From the NCBI GenBank assembly GCA_964016885.1, contig OZ024741.1, positions 380,680,001 to 380,744,000 of the forward strand: a stretch of 64,000 nt of DNA, given 5' to 3'. Within the stretch, counting starts at the first letter, position 1. Each line of letters starts with the position of its first letter. This DNA comes from Eledone cirrhosa. Lineage: Eukaryota. Positions 49,656 through 62,659 of this stretch are shown here, piece by piece. The notes below the pieces were generated by a model. It ran no database searches. It worked only from the letters and a program-made list of their open reading frames with translations, and was not told where the DNA came from. Made by a program: the position numbers and the translations under genes.

Positions 49656-49993
49656 TGGTTAGAGCATTGGCCTTGCAATCGAAAGGTTGTAAGTTCAATT
49701 TGCAGACTGGGTGATGTGTTGTTTCCTTGAGCAAGACATTTTATTTCACATTGCTCCAGTTTACTCAGCTGTAGAAATGAGATGATAGGGACTGGGTTCC
49801 CTATCATTCCACTGCAAAGTGGCCGTGTAGGTGCCATGGCAAAAAAGCACCCAGCATTCACTGTAAATGAGATTGGTGTTAGGAAGGGCATCCAGCTGTA
49901 GAAATCAAGCCAGCATCAGTTCCCGTCCCACCCTTGCAAGCAGGGAAAAGTGGACGTAAAATGAAATGATGATGATGATGATGATGATGATGA
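49653..49993 (+). mobile_element. tRNA-derived SINE with CORE-like middle and RTE-derived 3' tail
   Basis: tRNA-like head (tggttagagcattggccttgcaatcgaaaggttgtaagttcaatt), middle ttccttgagcaagaca, 3' end shared with the RTE at 49311-49371, and a (GAT)n tail. Confidence 0.88.
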
Positions 49994-51781
49994 TATATGT
50001 GATAGAGTTATAGCTGTATAAATACAGAGTGTGTAACTGAGACTGCACCAACTGGTATAAATATGTACACATATCTAATATGTAGGCATGTGTATATATT
50101 TATACACATTTGTGCAGTCTTGGTTTCACACTTTGTATCTATCAAAATATAACCCTATAACCCTATCATATACTTTGGCTGCTTGTGCACTTATTAATAT
50201 ATGTAGGAATATATATCTATATGTATACACACCTACACACACACATATATATTCATGCAGATGTGTGTTTAAAAATGTAATGTTAAAAATTTCGGAAATA
50301 CCATTTAGTCCGGTTACCACTATTACATGGACATTTAGTACAGAATTTTGATCATTAAAACAACTTTAATTTATTTCCCCCTGGAAGCTTATAATTGTGA
50401 ATGCTAGGATAAATTGTCTGCTCCCTTGAGCTTGAAAGTGTTTTTTTTATTACATTCTCTAATAATAGCTTTCATCAATAAACATGCCTTAATGCTATTT
50501 CTATAAAAGCTTTTATAATATATATGAAATAAATGAAACTTGTAGTGCTGTAAGAATATGGTTGCTTTGGGAAAGCTGGTACAATGAAAATTGGAAACAA
50601 GACTGAAGAACAAAGTAATATAAAGTTAAAAAAACCAGCTAAATCAACAGTTTATACTTTTACCTTGTAGGTCATTATTTTTTTTTTTTAAATCATTATC
50701 ATTTAACATTTATTTTCAGTGATTGCATGCATTAGATGGATTGTTATGTCCTGGGACTTGATTTTAACTTACTTCCTACAGCTGGGTGCCCTCCTTAACT
50801 AACATGGTGGACTGAATGTTTTTTTTTTGTCATAGTACTAACATTTTCACTTTACAGTGTTGGCTGAGTGCATTTTGTTGTGGCACCTACCCTACCACTT
50901 TTCAAACCTAGACTGCTCATTTTGTTGTTCTTAGCCAGGTTGAGAGGGCAGTGAAAGAAGTGTGAGGAAACATGAAATATAATGTCATAATATAAACTCT
51001 TTTGTTTTATTTTTCTTATACTACTCTATGTTTCAGTCTTCTATTTCTAATATGCCTTCTACTGTTTCTTCCAAAACAACCATAACCACATATTTCACAA
51101 TACATCATATATACTATATTGATATAAAAATGATTTTGTTTTCTTGAGGCTATAAAACATAATACAATATGAAATTTTTAGTAAATTGAAATGTTAACAA
51201 CAGATAAGTAGTCAAATAAATTAAATCGTGAACAGTATGAATTATGAATTCAAGCAAAAAAAAAAGAGATAACCAAAATCTTAATGGTAATCAAATAAAA
51301 ATTTAATTTCCATAAATATCCAGAAAATTAGGTTTCTGGTAGATCTGAAAGCAATCTTAATGGAATATACAGTGTGCTATTATTTAATTATTTTACTGGT
51401 TTCTGTCATTAGACTACAGCTTTGCAAGGCTCTGCCTGAAGGTGATTTAGATGATCACATCATCCTCACTACTACTTATTTGTGTACTTATTTTATTGAT
51501 CTATTTTTGTGGAGCAGCTAAGTTATACAATATAAATAAACAGTTATACACACATAACATAATACACACTCACATATAAATATATATATATACATATACT
51601 ACCCTAAGTATTGAGTACTCTGGTGCATTATGGTCCATCTGGTTCCTTACCACAATTCCTTTGTTATATATATATATATATATATATTAAAATAAATCTA
51701 TTTATTAAAATCGAGCCCTCTTTGCATTTTAGTCTTCACATTTATTATTATTACTATATATAAATATATATACATATATAT

Positions 51782-52231
51782 TTATTTAGGTTTGTTGGTT
51801 CACCACTGGATAGAATTGGTCATTTTGTATGGTCAATCTTGATCTAATATTATGGAGAGTACTCAACGTAATGCAGCTCACCCGTCTTCATTTGTGTAGT
51901 TGGTGGTGCGAATATGGAGTTAATTATTATAAATAAAATAACAGGAGGCTGGACTGGTTTATTAGACTGGTTTATTATACTATTATACTATTGAAAGGTT
52001 TATTATACTATGATCATTTCAATGACCAGGTTCCGTATGAATCTGGTGATATCATCAGGTATTCGAAATATAACAAAGGAACATAACAGATAAAATCCAT
52101 GGGTCCGAAAATCAAAGACAAAGAGGATGACTGACCAACTAGCTGCTTTCACCTTGGTCAGTCGCCCTCAAGTGATGACTACTCGGTCTACTAATGACCA
52201 TCTGGTGAGGGGGCAAAGGCTTATAATGTAC
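51782..52231 (-). mobile_element. (TA)n-flanked ~450-bp non-coding element carrying a hammerhead ribozyme (Penelope-derived or retrozyme-like)
   Basis: TA tracts on both sides and an intact hammerhead core inside. Confidence 0.55.
52005..52062 (-). ncRNA. Minimal type I hammerhead ribozyme
   Basis: Minus strand: atac-CTGATGA-t atcaccag attcatacggaac ctggtcat t-GAAA-tgatca-TA-gtat. Intact core, 4-bp stem I, 7/8-bp stem II, palindromic stem III ATGATCAT, AUA cleavage triplet. Confidence 0.78.
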
Positions 52232-52399
52232 TATATATATATATATATATTTATATATACATTTTTTCTTTTTTTCCTAGATGCCCACTCTGCCTGTTGC
52301 AGACTGCATATCAACATGAGGTATTCATCTCCACAAAGTTTGATCACCAACAGCAGGGGTTAAAAAGCAAAGGTCAAATCCAGTCCATAAGTTGACATT

Positions 52400-52765
52400 A
52401 TCAAGATAGTTTTGCAACTCAAATTTGAATCAGCCAGTTGTTTTGTTACATGAAAGTTTCTCTAAGTTAACTTTCAATGGTATTTTAGTTCTTTGTGGCC
52501 AAACAATGTTGATACAAAATCTTGTGTGCATTCTAATATACTTAATCTTGCTGAAAATGTTTTTGTTATGATAAAGTCGATTTGATTTTTAGTTATACTG
52601 TCTGAGGATATCCAAGTTAACAGGTCTTTCTTTTGAAATATTGTGTTGGAGATCTGCATATTATTCTTTGTACAACACTGGGCTAGAAGTTCACCTCTCA
52701 AGTTAAATGTACCTATGGTATATTTCCCAATATTTGATGGGATGACTGATTTAGTTGCCTAATTT
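52400..52765 (-). pseudogene. LINE APE endonuclease relic
   Basis: RGELLAQCCTKNNMQISNTIFQKK..LTWISSDSITKNQIDFII. Confidence 0.7.
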
Positions 52766-52766
52766 T

Positions 52767-52800
52767 GAAGAAGAAGAAGAAGAAGAAGAAGAAGAAGAAA
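52767..52800. repeat. (GAA)n microsatellite
   Basis: Seen directly. Confidence 0.9.
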
Positions 52801-55800
52801 CTTGCAAAAGTAACTTATAAATAAAAATACACATATTTTTCAAAATTTTAACCCTTTTAATATCTACCTAACCAAACCTTGCTTTGGATATATGAAACCA
52901 CCCATTTCTAAGGATTCCTATTTAAATTAAAAACTTCCAATATAATTTTTGAAAGAACTTATATAAGGAAAATTGATATGTGTTTTAACTTGGAATTTAG
53001 GAACTAAAGATTAACCCTTTAAAAACCAACCAGTCTGAAACCTCCCCTGCTAAAGTATTCAAATGTTGTATTGAAGTCCCCCTGTTACATAACAGATAAT
53101 ATTAGATTTCTTTTATTAAATAATTTGTTGTATATTATTAAGTTGAAGGTAGTTATTTTCCTAAACCTCTCATAATTCTTAATCATTTTGAAAATTTAAA
53201 CTCAAAGACAGTAGATTATTGATTGGAATATGGTCTCAAAAGCATTTTAATAGAAATGTTCATTTGTATGTCAGTTGTTGATGTGACTGTCTACTTGAAG
53301 TGGTGAAAGTGGTTTTTCCAAAACATTAGTATTCAAGTGGATAAGTACAAAGGGTAAATAAACTGCTAATTGTATATTTATTTTAGCCATGGAATACAAC
53401 AAGACTCTGTTAACCTTATATCATTTTACAGAATTCAACAGAAAGTATTTCTTGCAATATTTTTAGGTGAAATTGTATTATTGAAAATTATTTTGTATTA
53501 TACATGCCATTTACAGAGAAAGACAAGCTACATTTGTATGAGGAGAGAATGTGAGAGAGTAAGAACATAAAGCAGTGGGAGTATATGTCTATCGCTGGCT
53601 AGCTATGGCCATCTATGGCTAATAGTGACAATCATATGGTTGAACAAGATGAAGTATGAAAAGGAAAAAGAGCAGAGAGAAATGTTATGGTCTGCAGGTG
53701 TATATACCTCTAGGTACCCAACTACCAGGCCACAGTAGTGAGATGCATAGAAAGTATAAAAACATTTTTTCCATTTTATTGACTATCGTGGTCTATTGTA
53801 TGATTTATTGTGAAAAATGATCCCTTCTGTTTGGGCCTCATTTTCATGGTCGTCCCAGTCACAGATTCCTTCTATCCACACAAGCCAACTCTAGCAGAAA
53901 TGAGTAGAAAATAAACCTTCCTAGAGAGCTTTGTTGAAAAGGGAAAAATTGGGACCATCTAGTTACAGGCAAACATGCTCAAGGTTCCCACTGATTCTGC
54001 ATTGTGTTGAGTTCAGTCACATTTTCAGTATAAATGTAATGATTAAATTGATAATAAAATTATCTAATATGCACTTCATTGTTTATGTTTTGTTATGCAT
54101 GTGATAAACACCACCACTCCCACCCCTTGGTCCATGGAAAAACTTTCTTGCATGACATCAGTCCATGGTGCAAAATGTTTGGGAACCTCTGCTCTAGGTG
54201 ACCTCATGGATTTTTTTTTGTTGGAATTATTGAATATTACATGTATGCTATGGTTTTTAGAGTAGCAAATTTCACCAAATGATACTTTTGATAGAGGTTA
54301 TGAGACATTTCAACTCAGAGCATACTTTTTTTTTGTTAACTCAAACTTATATTAAAATTCACAAAAGAACAGAAGAAATTATGGAAGAAGTCTAACTTGA
54401 TAATTTCAGATATATTAGGTATAAAATATTATTAGTGCTGATATAGAAATCTACTATTTAAATATTGGATTAGATAGTTCATGATGTTTACTTACTCATT
54501 GCTTATGATCCATATCACCACAATGACACATTATCTGGACAATATTAAGATGTTTAAGATATTGACAAATAGATACTTAATTGCTGAGAACACCCAAGTG
54601 AATAAGGATAACATGAGTCATATGGTTTGTTACTTTGAAAAGAGCCAATACACTGTACTCTAGAGAATTTTACAATTTATGAAAGGATTAATGACTTGTT
54701 CATGTCAAGAAGTTAAAGGTAAGGCTTAGGAAAATATTACATCTATTGGAGCATTTAATTTTCAAGCTGAGTTATTTCATTGATAATCAATTTCCATGTA
54801 GTCCCTGAAAACCTTTTGATTGCAATTACTATTTAGAATCCATTTAAGCTTTTATGTATTGATGAGCATAAGAGAAGTAAGGAGAGTCACGTATTTAAAG
54901 CTGATGACAACTGTAAGGCTTCTCAGGACATACAAGATAAATTCTCTTAAATGCCATATAAAAACAGTGAGGACAAATCAATTTCAAGTAACCTGAGAAA
55001 GATAATTCCAGCAAGGAAACTCTCTTTTGCTATACTGAATTTGCACTGGATAGGAGATACAGTGATATCAGAGAGATAAAAATGAGATAGGAATTATTAA
55101 AAAATTCCATTAAGGATGGAGGAGATAAATAGACTGGTTAAGGAAGTCCTGTAAAATAATAAATCATGTAAATTAATACAGAGATCGTTTTCTGGAAAAG
55201 CATTAACTCTATGAAAGCAAAGAACTTGATACATGAGTTGTAGTGCACCTGAGTAGTGTACACAATAATTTCATTATTATTATTATTATTATCAAAATAG
55301 GGAAATAACATTTTAAAAATTAATTTACTATAGAGTATTACCTATGAGTTTGTAAAAGATGAACTGTTGACAGCATTCTTTTACTGGGGACTTGTTATTG
55401 AACTGGTCAGTTGAAAACAAACTTTCGGTGAGAACAGAACCTTAACTTCAGGGGTAGATCACTCTTTCTTATGTTTGTCAATATTGGTAAAAAAAATAAA
55501 TAACAGTTCAACAAATTACAGTTTGTTGTTGTTTTGCATATAGTTTAATTAAAACTATAATATTTATTGTGTCAAAAGATAAGAATCCTACTATTTAGCT
55601 TAAAGTTCTTCTTAAAGTTCTTCTTAAGAGAGTGAGATTTGGCAATTGTTATGAGAACATAGTATAGTAGTAGGAGGAACCTGTATGAGGGGAGATGGGG
55701 GAAGTGAGGAGAGAATAATCGGATGAGAAGGCAGTAAGTAAACATAATAATGGTATAAAGAACAAAACATTGTAAAGTGGTAGGAGGTTGGCCAGAAAAA

Positions 55801-57299
55801 GGAGTAATTCATAAAGTAGAGTAAAAAGGAAATAGTAAACAAGCAAATTATTGTATAATTGTGAGCAAATTATTGTATAATGGAAGACGATGGGTTTGTC
55901 TCATTTACAAGCAATTTGGGTTGGGTGACTGTGTCTCACTCATATAGGACTGTTTCCGGCTGGTTTTATATGGCTGGATGCCCTTCCTAGTGCCAACCAC
56001 ATTCACGGTGTGTTCTGGGTGCTTTTTGCCATGACTTTTACACAACTACTTTAAAAGACACGGCAAAGTGATAGTAAGTAATATATGAAATAGTGGTTGA
56101 AAAAAAGGTATAATATAGAGTGGGGGAGAAATATATAGTAAGGTGATCAGAAGTAATGCATTTGAAGATAACAGGGAGCAAGGTATATTTTAATGGTGTG
56201 GGGAAGCATAGTACAGAAAAAAAGTAGAGAAGGTGGTATACTAAGGTGGTAGAGAGAGAGAGAGAGATAAGCTTAGTATGCATAGTTGGAATAACAATTA
56301 AGCAAAATAAACACATGCTTAGAGCACCAAGAGAAGTGGGACATAATTTTATACAAATTTGTCATCATTCCAAAAATCATTTTTTGCAGACTGGGGTAAC
56401 ATAATCTTTTAAGTGCTTTGGGCTAATCTGGTCTTGTTAATATAGTTGTTGGGAATAATGTGTGGTATGGTGATAATGAAATATTAATGAAGCAGTGAGC
56501 AAAGTATAGCATAAAATCCCCCACACCTCTCTTGAACATTGTATATATATATAGGATTGCAGTATTCAATGTTACCTTTGCCTTTCATATTTTAGGATGT
56601 AATTAATAGGTGATTTGACTGTTATTTTTAGCAATTCAAACATATTGAGGTTCCATTGTTGGATCATGGTAGTACAATCGGAGAGATTGGAGCAGCCCAC
56701 ATGTGTTTTAGAACTGATTGTAATGTTAAACATGTGGAAAATGTGACAAGCATGGTATCTACAGAAGAAGCATTAAACAATTCTGGAATTTGTGTAGGTT
56801 GGACTGTGTATGATCCTGACAAAAATGCTATGGAAGGATTTGTCCTTTTTATAAAGAGATAATGATTGAATGAGATATGGTGAGAAGCTGCTGGGTAAGA
56901 TGGAGAAGACTGAACAGGCGGAGAATAGAATAATGTAAAAGAAAAGTTGACAATCGGGGAGAAAAATTGAGAAAACAGTCAATGCTACTTAAGTATGCTT
57001 CCATTCAGCACAGATGTTCTGTGCTTCTGAAGCCAGATCAGACCTAACAGAGAATAGCCTTAACAGATTTGATACTAACAAATATGAAGCTGTCTCTAAA
57101 ACTGTTTGTTTTAAAGTGTAAATATGTATCTAAAACATTTCATCATAATTTTATGTAAGAACTTTTGTGAAGTTATAATCCAAACACCAACTTAATAATG
57201 GTTGGGGGAAGGAAAATAGGATACATTAATCCTGTACTTGACTGATACTTTATTTTATCAATCAAAGACGGACGAAAGGCAAAGTTAACCTTAAACTTT

Positions 57300-59950
57300 G
57301 CTTTTTTTCACCCATTTATCCCCAGGAGGGTAATGTGGGCAGTGTTCTGAGAAATGTCTTCCAGAGGGTTCTATCAGAAGCAACAAACTTCAATTGATCT
57401 AGCTAGATGTCCAAGCAAATCCATCCAAACTTATGCATGTCATCTAACCATCTTGCTCACAGTCCACTGTTGGGTCTCCTGTCAGCTGGTTTTGCCTGTA
57501 AAATCTGTCCACCAATTCTTTCCTTTGACATTCTAACTGCATGTCAGTAGTACCAGAGTTGTGATCTCTCAATTCATTGAAGTAGCAGTTCTACATAAAA
57601 TGACTCACTGATACCTGTAGCTACAACCCTATTGAGTAATGTTACTCCCATGAAATTTTGGAGGAACCCAATTTTAGTTGCTTGTATTTGCAATCATATT
57701 CTTTTGGTTATTACATGAACACCAAATGAAATATAGCGAGTTTGGCTTTTAAACCTACTTCCCTTCATCTCATATCTAAATGCTGAATCTGGTGTATTAC
57801 TGCAAAAGCTCCAGCAATTCTTGCACTTAATTCAACTCCATGCCTTCCATTACTCATAAAAATGATCCTGAAATACAGGATCTTCTCCACCAACTTCAGT
57901 GTAACTCCATTCACATGCAGAGTACACTGTGCAAGCTTTTCTGAGAGGAAATGTATCAGAGTCTTTGCAATATTGATTTTCATTCCAGTCACGCAGCACT
58001 CTGCAGCAAACCTTTCCAGTACATGTTGCCCATCGCCTTTGAACAACATGTTATCTGTAAATTTCAGTTAATTGATACTACACTCACCAGTTTTGATACC
58101 ACTTCCATTCCAACTGCACACGTCAATCTTATGCATGAAGATTATGAACAGGTAATTGGTTTTGAATTATGGTATCTGAACACAAATGCTAGTGTATAAA
58201 TAGAGGGACTTCAAGGCAACAAGATACTGTCCAAGCAATTCCCTACTCCTACACAACCTTTCACAACATGTGCTGGGGTTTGTGGCTACATGTGTTTTTG
58301 AGGTCTAAGCATACACTACTTGGTAATAAACACACTATTTCTTGATGAACTGCCACAGAGTAAAATTTCCTTTTTGTACTACCTCAGAGGTGAAAACCAG
58401 AATGTGTTCATCAACTGGGCTTGAAAATATCTCTACATCTCTAGGCCAGACACTTAACATCAACTTTAACAGGGTGGCTTAATAATGAGATTCCTCTAAA
58501 ATTAGAGTAATACTTCTTGTCTCCCTTTTGAAAATTGGAATTATCATTCCCAATTACCATTACTTAGGTACCTTTCCAAAGATCCAGGCCACCTGATATA
58601 CATGAGTCATCCAGGGTATAACTTCTCATCCTGGGTCAAATGATATCCTCCCCAGAAGCCTTGCCACATTTCAGCTCTTTCATTGCTCTAGGGATCTCAA
58701 CCCCTGAGAGGTTACACTTCAGTCCTGGATGCACCTCATGTACATCAGATTTTGTGACCAGAATTAGGAGATCAGCAAATTATTTTTTTCCAATTTGTGA
58801 GGATACAACACTCTTCAGAGAGAAGAATACCAGATGATTTCTTGATAGCAGATGGTCTGCCAGAATACTGTATTTGTTGACCTAAATTCAGATTCCAGCT
58901 TAAACTCAAAGTCCCCTCATGCCTTAGATGTCTTGTGTCTTCTTTTTGTGCCTTCTTATGAGTGCAAGATTACAGACTTATTTATAAACCAAGCTTTGTA
59001 ACTCTCCTTCTTTGCTCAGGTATCATCTTTAACCTCTTCATTGAGCCAATGGTATTCCTCTCACATAATGCCACACTGAGCCACTTTGCCCACAGCATAT
59101 AACTGCTGATTTCAACAGTCTCCACTATATTTCAGCATCCTCAGTTTATTCAGGAAGTTCTGGTCCTGACCTCTTCATCAGCCACTGCTTCCCACTTCAT
59201 CCTGTAGGTCGAGCTTGATCTGATAGTTTTGTAGATTTCTTGATATTATGTAGTCTTAGGCTGCAGAAAATAGATGGTGACCAGTTGAGAGCTCAGCCCT
59301 TCTCTTTAAAAAAGACATCCAGTACAGAATCAAAAAGATCAAAGACGATAAAAAATCAATCAATGACCTCTGTCTCCATTTTCCCTTGCACCATATATAA
59401 TTATGGATATATTTGTGCTGGAGGAAGGTGTTCGTAATAGAGAGCCCATTACTAGAAGTTTAATAAGGCCTTTCTGTTTGCATTTAGATTGGGTTCCTCA
59501 TTCCTTCCAGTCACTCCTTTCCATGACAAGTAGTTAGTACCAACATGTTAGTTGAAGTCTCCCATAAGAATATATGACTCAGTAATAACTACTTCTAATA
59601 CTGCAGTGACTTCATCAAAGAAGGATCTGTATTTGGATATTCTGGTGCATAAACTCACACCATACACAACTGGGAACGTGTGATTATCCCTACACCTACT
59701 TGTGCAGTTCTATCTGGCACTACATCTGAATAGTGCAGTTTCCATCAACCATCCAAATCTATGGTACCACAGCCATGGATCTTTGTTAAAGAAACTTCAA
59801 CTGTATCTGGCCTCCTCTACTAGTCCCAGCACCTTACCCATTTGGGTTGTAATATTCCAGTTGCTGATTTTTAATCTTTGTTTCCATTTAGACCATTTTT
59901 GGGATCTCAGAATATGCACATTTGAGCATCAATCCCACACCTTCCAGGAC
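57300..59950 (-). mobile_element. Old RTE/Expander-like LINE, strongly decayed
   Basis: APE motif ILMGDFN.HVG at ~59540-59575 and RT-thumb segment QHVLERFAAECCVTGMKINIAKT...VEK..Y..I.F...GR (57765-58049). Confidence 0.75.
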
Positions 59951-60009
59951 AGGTAGCAGGTCAGTCGCTGTTGCTTAGGTGCTAGATGTAGACTGCATTG
60001 TTTTTTTAA

Positions 60010-60229
60010 CCCTTTAGCATTTAAACCAGCTGTATCCGTCCAGAATTCTCTCACCTTTTTCTGTTCAAACCGGCTGTAACTGGCCACTCATACTGATGTT
60101 AAGGTATTGTTCTCAAAATAAATAATATCAAAATCTCAACAATTCGATATTATGTGAGATATTATGTGAGAAAAAGCCTTTACTGCAAAAATACAACAGT
60201 AAATATAGAGTAATGTGAATACTAAAGGG
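60010..60229. mobile_element. MITE with TIR CCCTTTAG(C/T)ATT and TTAA/TTTA flanks (piggyBac-like ends)
   Basis: ttaa|ccctttagcatt ... aatactaaaggg|ttta. Confidence 0.75.
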
Positions 60230-61053
60230 TTTAGTATTCACATTCCTTTAACTAAGGCCTGAATGCATCCCTTGTTAACTCATATGAAGGACAATGTGGT
60301 ATGATTCGTTTTAATGCATCTGGTCATATAACAATTTTATCTGGTAATTTTATCAGGCCTACAAAAACTAAGCTTTTTTAGAAGTGGCTTTTTCTTGCCT
60401 CATAACTACATCACTGCGTTATGAGAATTTTCTTGAGAACTAACAGTGTCATCCATTGCTCTATCTCCTCAATTAGCTTACCATTGTTTGATCTGGGGTT
60501 GCTTATTTGTCCAGCAGGAGCCCATTTATACTGCATCTAGCCATTATATATTTTGTTCCCATCATTATCCACTACTTGAGGCCTGTTCTCTAGCAGAATA
60601 GCTCTGCTGAGAAAGATTTAAACTCAGAACATAAAAAAGTCTTTCGGATTTAAAATCTGAATATTAGAATTTTGTCTGACACCCTTAGGATTCTGCCACT
60701 CCACAGAGAACATCTGCGACTAACCCAGGTTCTGCTGCACATCGGGCTGAGGAGGCCATGCTCCTCAAATACTGGTTGCTCTCTGACAGGTTTGCAGTTG
60801 TACATCTGGCAGTGGAGACTTCTGGTGTCCTCGGCCCTAGGGCTACCGCCTTACTCACCACCATAGATGCTGAGCTGGCCAACCGCAGGTGTGAACCCCG
60901 CGAGTCAAGATAGTCTATATATTGTTACTCACCCTACAAGAAATAGCAACCAAGTGAACAAGTTTCCCTCAATTCCCAATCTACTGTTGTAAATTAAAAA
61001 AAACCCACTGGATGGTGTAGTTTTAGATATGCTATGATTGACAAAAAAATAAT

Positions 61054-61220
61054 TGTTTCTACTTTAGGCACAAGGCCAGCAATTATCCAGTACATTACTG
61101 GTACTTTATTTTATCGACCCCGTAAGGATGAAAGGCAAAGTTAACCTCAGCGGGATTTGAACTCAAACCGTAAAGGGACGTAACTATGCTAGAAAGCATG
61201 GCGTCCAACCCTCTACCGAT
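61054..61220 (-). mobile_element. ATT-SINE, slightly 5'-truncated, with 15-18-bp TSD
   Basis: Very close to the 5136 copy. Direct repeat gattgacaaaaaaataat at 61036-61053 and 61218-61235. Confidence 0.92.
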
Positions 61221-62580
61221 TGACAAAAAAATAATACAATGTAGTTACTATTTGAATTGTCTGGCTTATAGGTCTACTTGGTGTGAGGTGATCTAGAACT
61301 TATCAACAACAACAACGAGATGAACATGCTAAACTTCAAATAAATATAAGCACTCCCAAAAGTCCATTAAACACTATTGAAAGTGAAAGTAGGTTTCCTG
61401 TTAGATGAGTGTAAATAATGACTACATAGGGGGGAAATAAAATGTAAAAATCTTGCAGTTCACAATGTAGGTAAGGGTTAAATGGAGAGAATAAAAATGA
61501 TGTTGATTTTATTAAATCACTTTCATTGGAAATAATATTGATGAAAATGTTTGAATATTTGGGACAAAAATCTATTCTGCTGTATATTTTATGTAGAGGG
61601 GAAAAGATATTTTCATACGAATTCATTTTACTTTTATTTAGTAAAAAATCAAGTGAAAAACAAAAATGATAATACTTGCAAATCATGTTTCTGGAAGCTA
61701 CTAGGAATGCAGATTGTTTGTGCATGCAGTGTGTGTGTATATATGTGTGTGTATGTGAGTATGCATTTGTGCGTGTACATTCAATAGAATCTAATAAATA
61801 TTTAATAAAGAAAGGTAAAGTTTGGAAAGAATGATAATATCTTATATTTTTCTGTCAGATGGCAACTAAACTGCTCTAAAAGTGAAAACACTTCTATAAA
61901 TGCAACATAGCATTGGCAATGTATCATTGTTTAATAAAAACAAGTGTCTAAAGTTGTTGGTATTGATTGCATTGTCTAAACAGATTTTATTGAATACTAA
62001 CGCATTGTTTTCTAAAAATAATTTTGCAAAATAGGAAATTTAGAAAAAAAAGTAAGGTTAAGAGATTAAGGGAATCGAAATTTAACAAAAAAAGGAAATA
62101 ATATTATATAAATAATTAAATATAGATATGTAATAAAACGAATGAAGAAATAAAATATAATTATAAAAATTTTCAAATTTACCCCCTCCCCAACTCAGGA
62201 AAAAAATAAAATAAAAGAGTTTCCTCTATTCGAACACAGATGTCATAGAAATATTTTTATGAAATGGTGTTTTAGAGAAGAAAAATCAATTGTTAGGACG
62301 AATGATCATAAATGTACATTTTTCAATGTGTAATTGGAAGAATGAGGAATAAATATTTTTAGAAAATGGAAATCAGGCGTTTTAATGATTGCAATATTTT
62401 CAGACTTAAAGGACGGAGAGTTTATTTTAGCTTCAAATAATATAAGTGAGCTTATTTAATAAAAAAAAAAAATTAACTATAATTTTGATGATGATTTTAA
62501 TGTCCAATTCATTTTCAGATTTTATATTGTATATTGAAATTCAGCTGTATGTAAGCCAAGACACACACATGCATACATAC

Positions 62581-62584
<4 letters not shown>

Positions 62585-62658
<74 letters not shown>
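62585..62658. repeat. (TA)n microsatellite
   Basis: Seen directly. Confidence 0.95.

Positions 62659-62659
<1 letters not shown>

Noticed and set aside
49653-49715. tRNA gene
   Set aside because: It is the tRNA-derived head of a SINE: no complete cloverleaf, and it continues into SINE body and tail.
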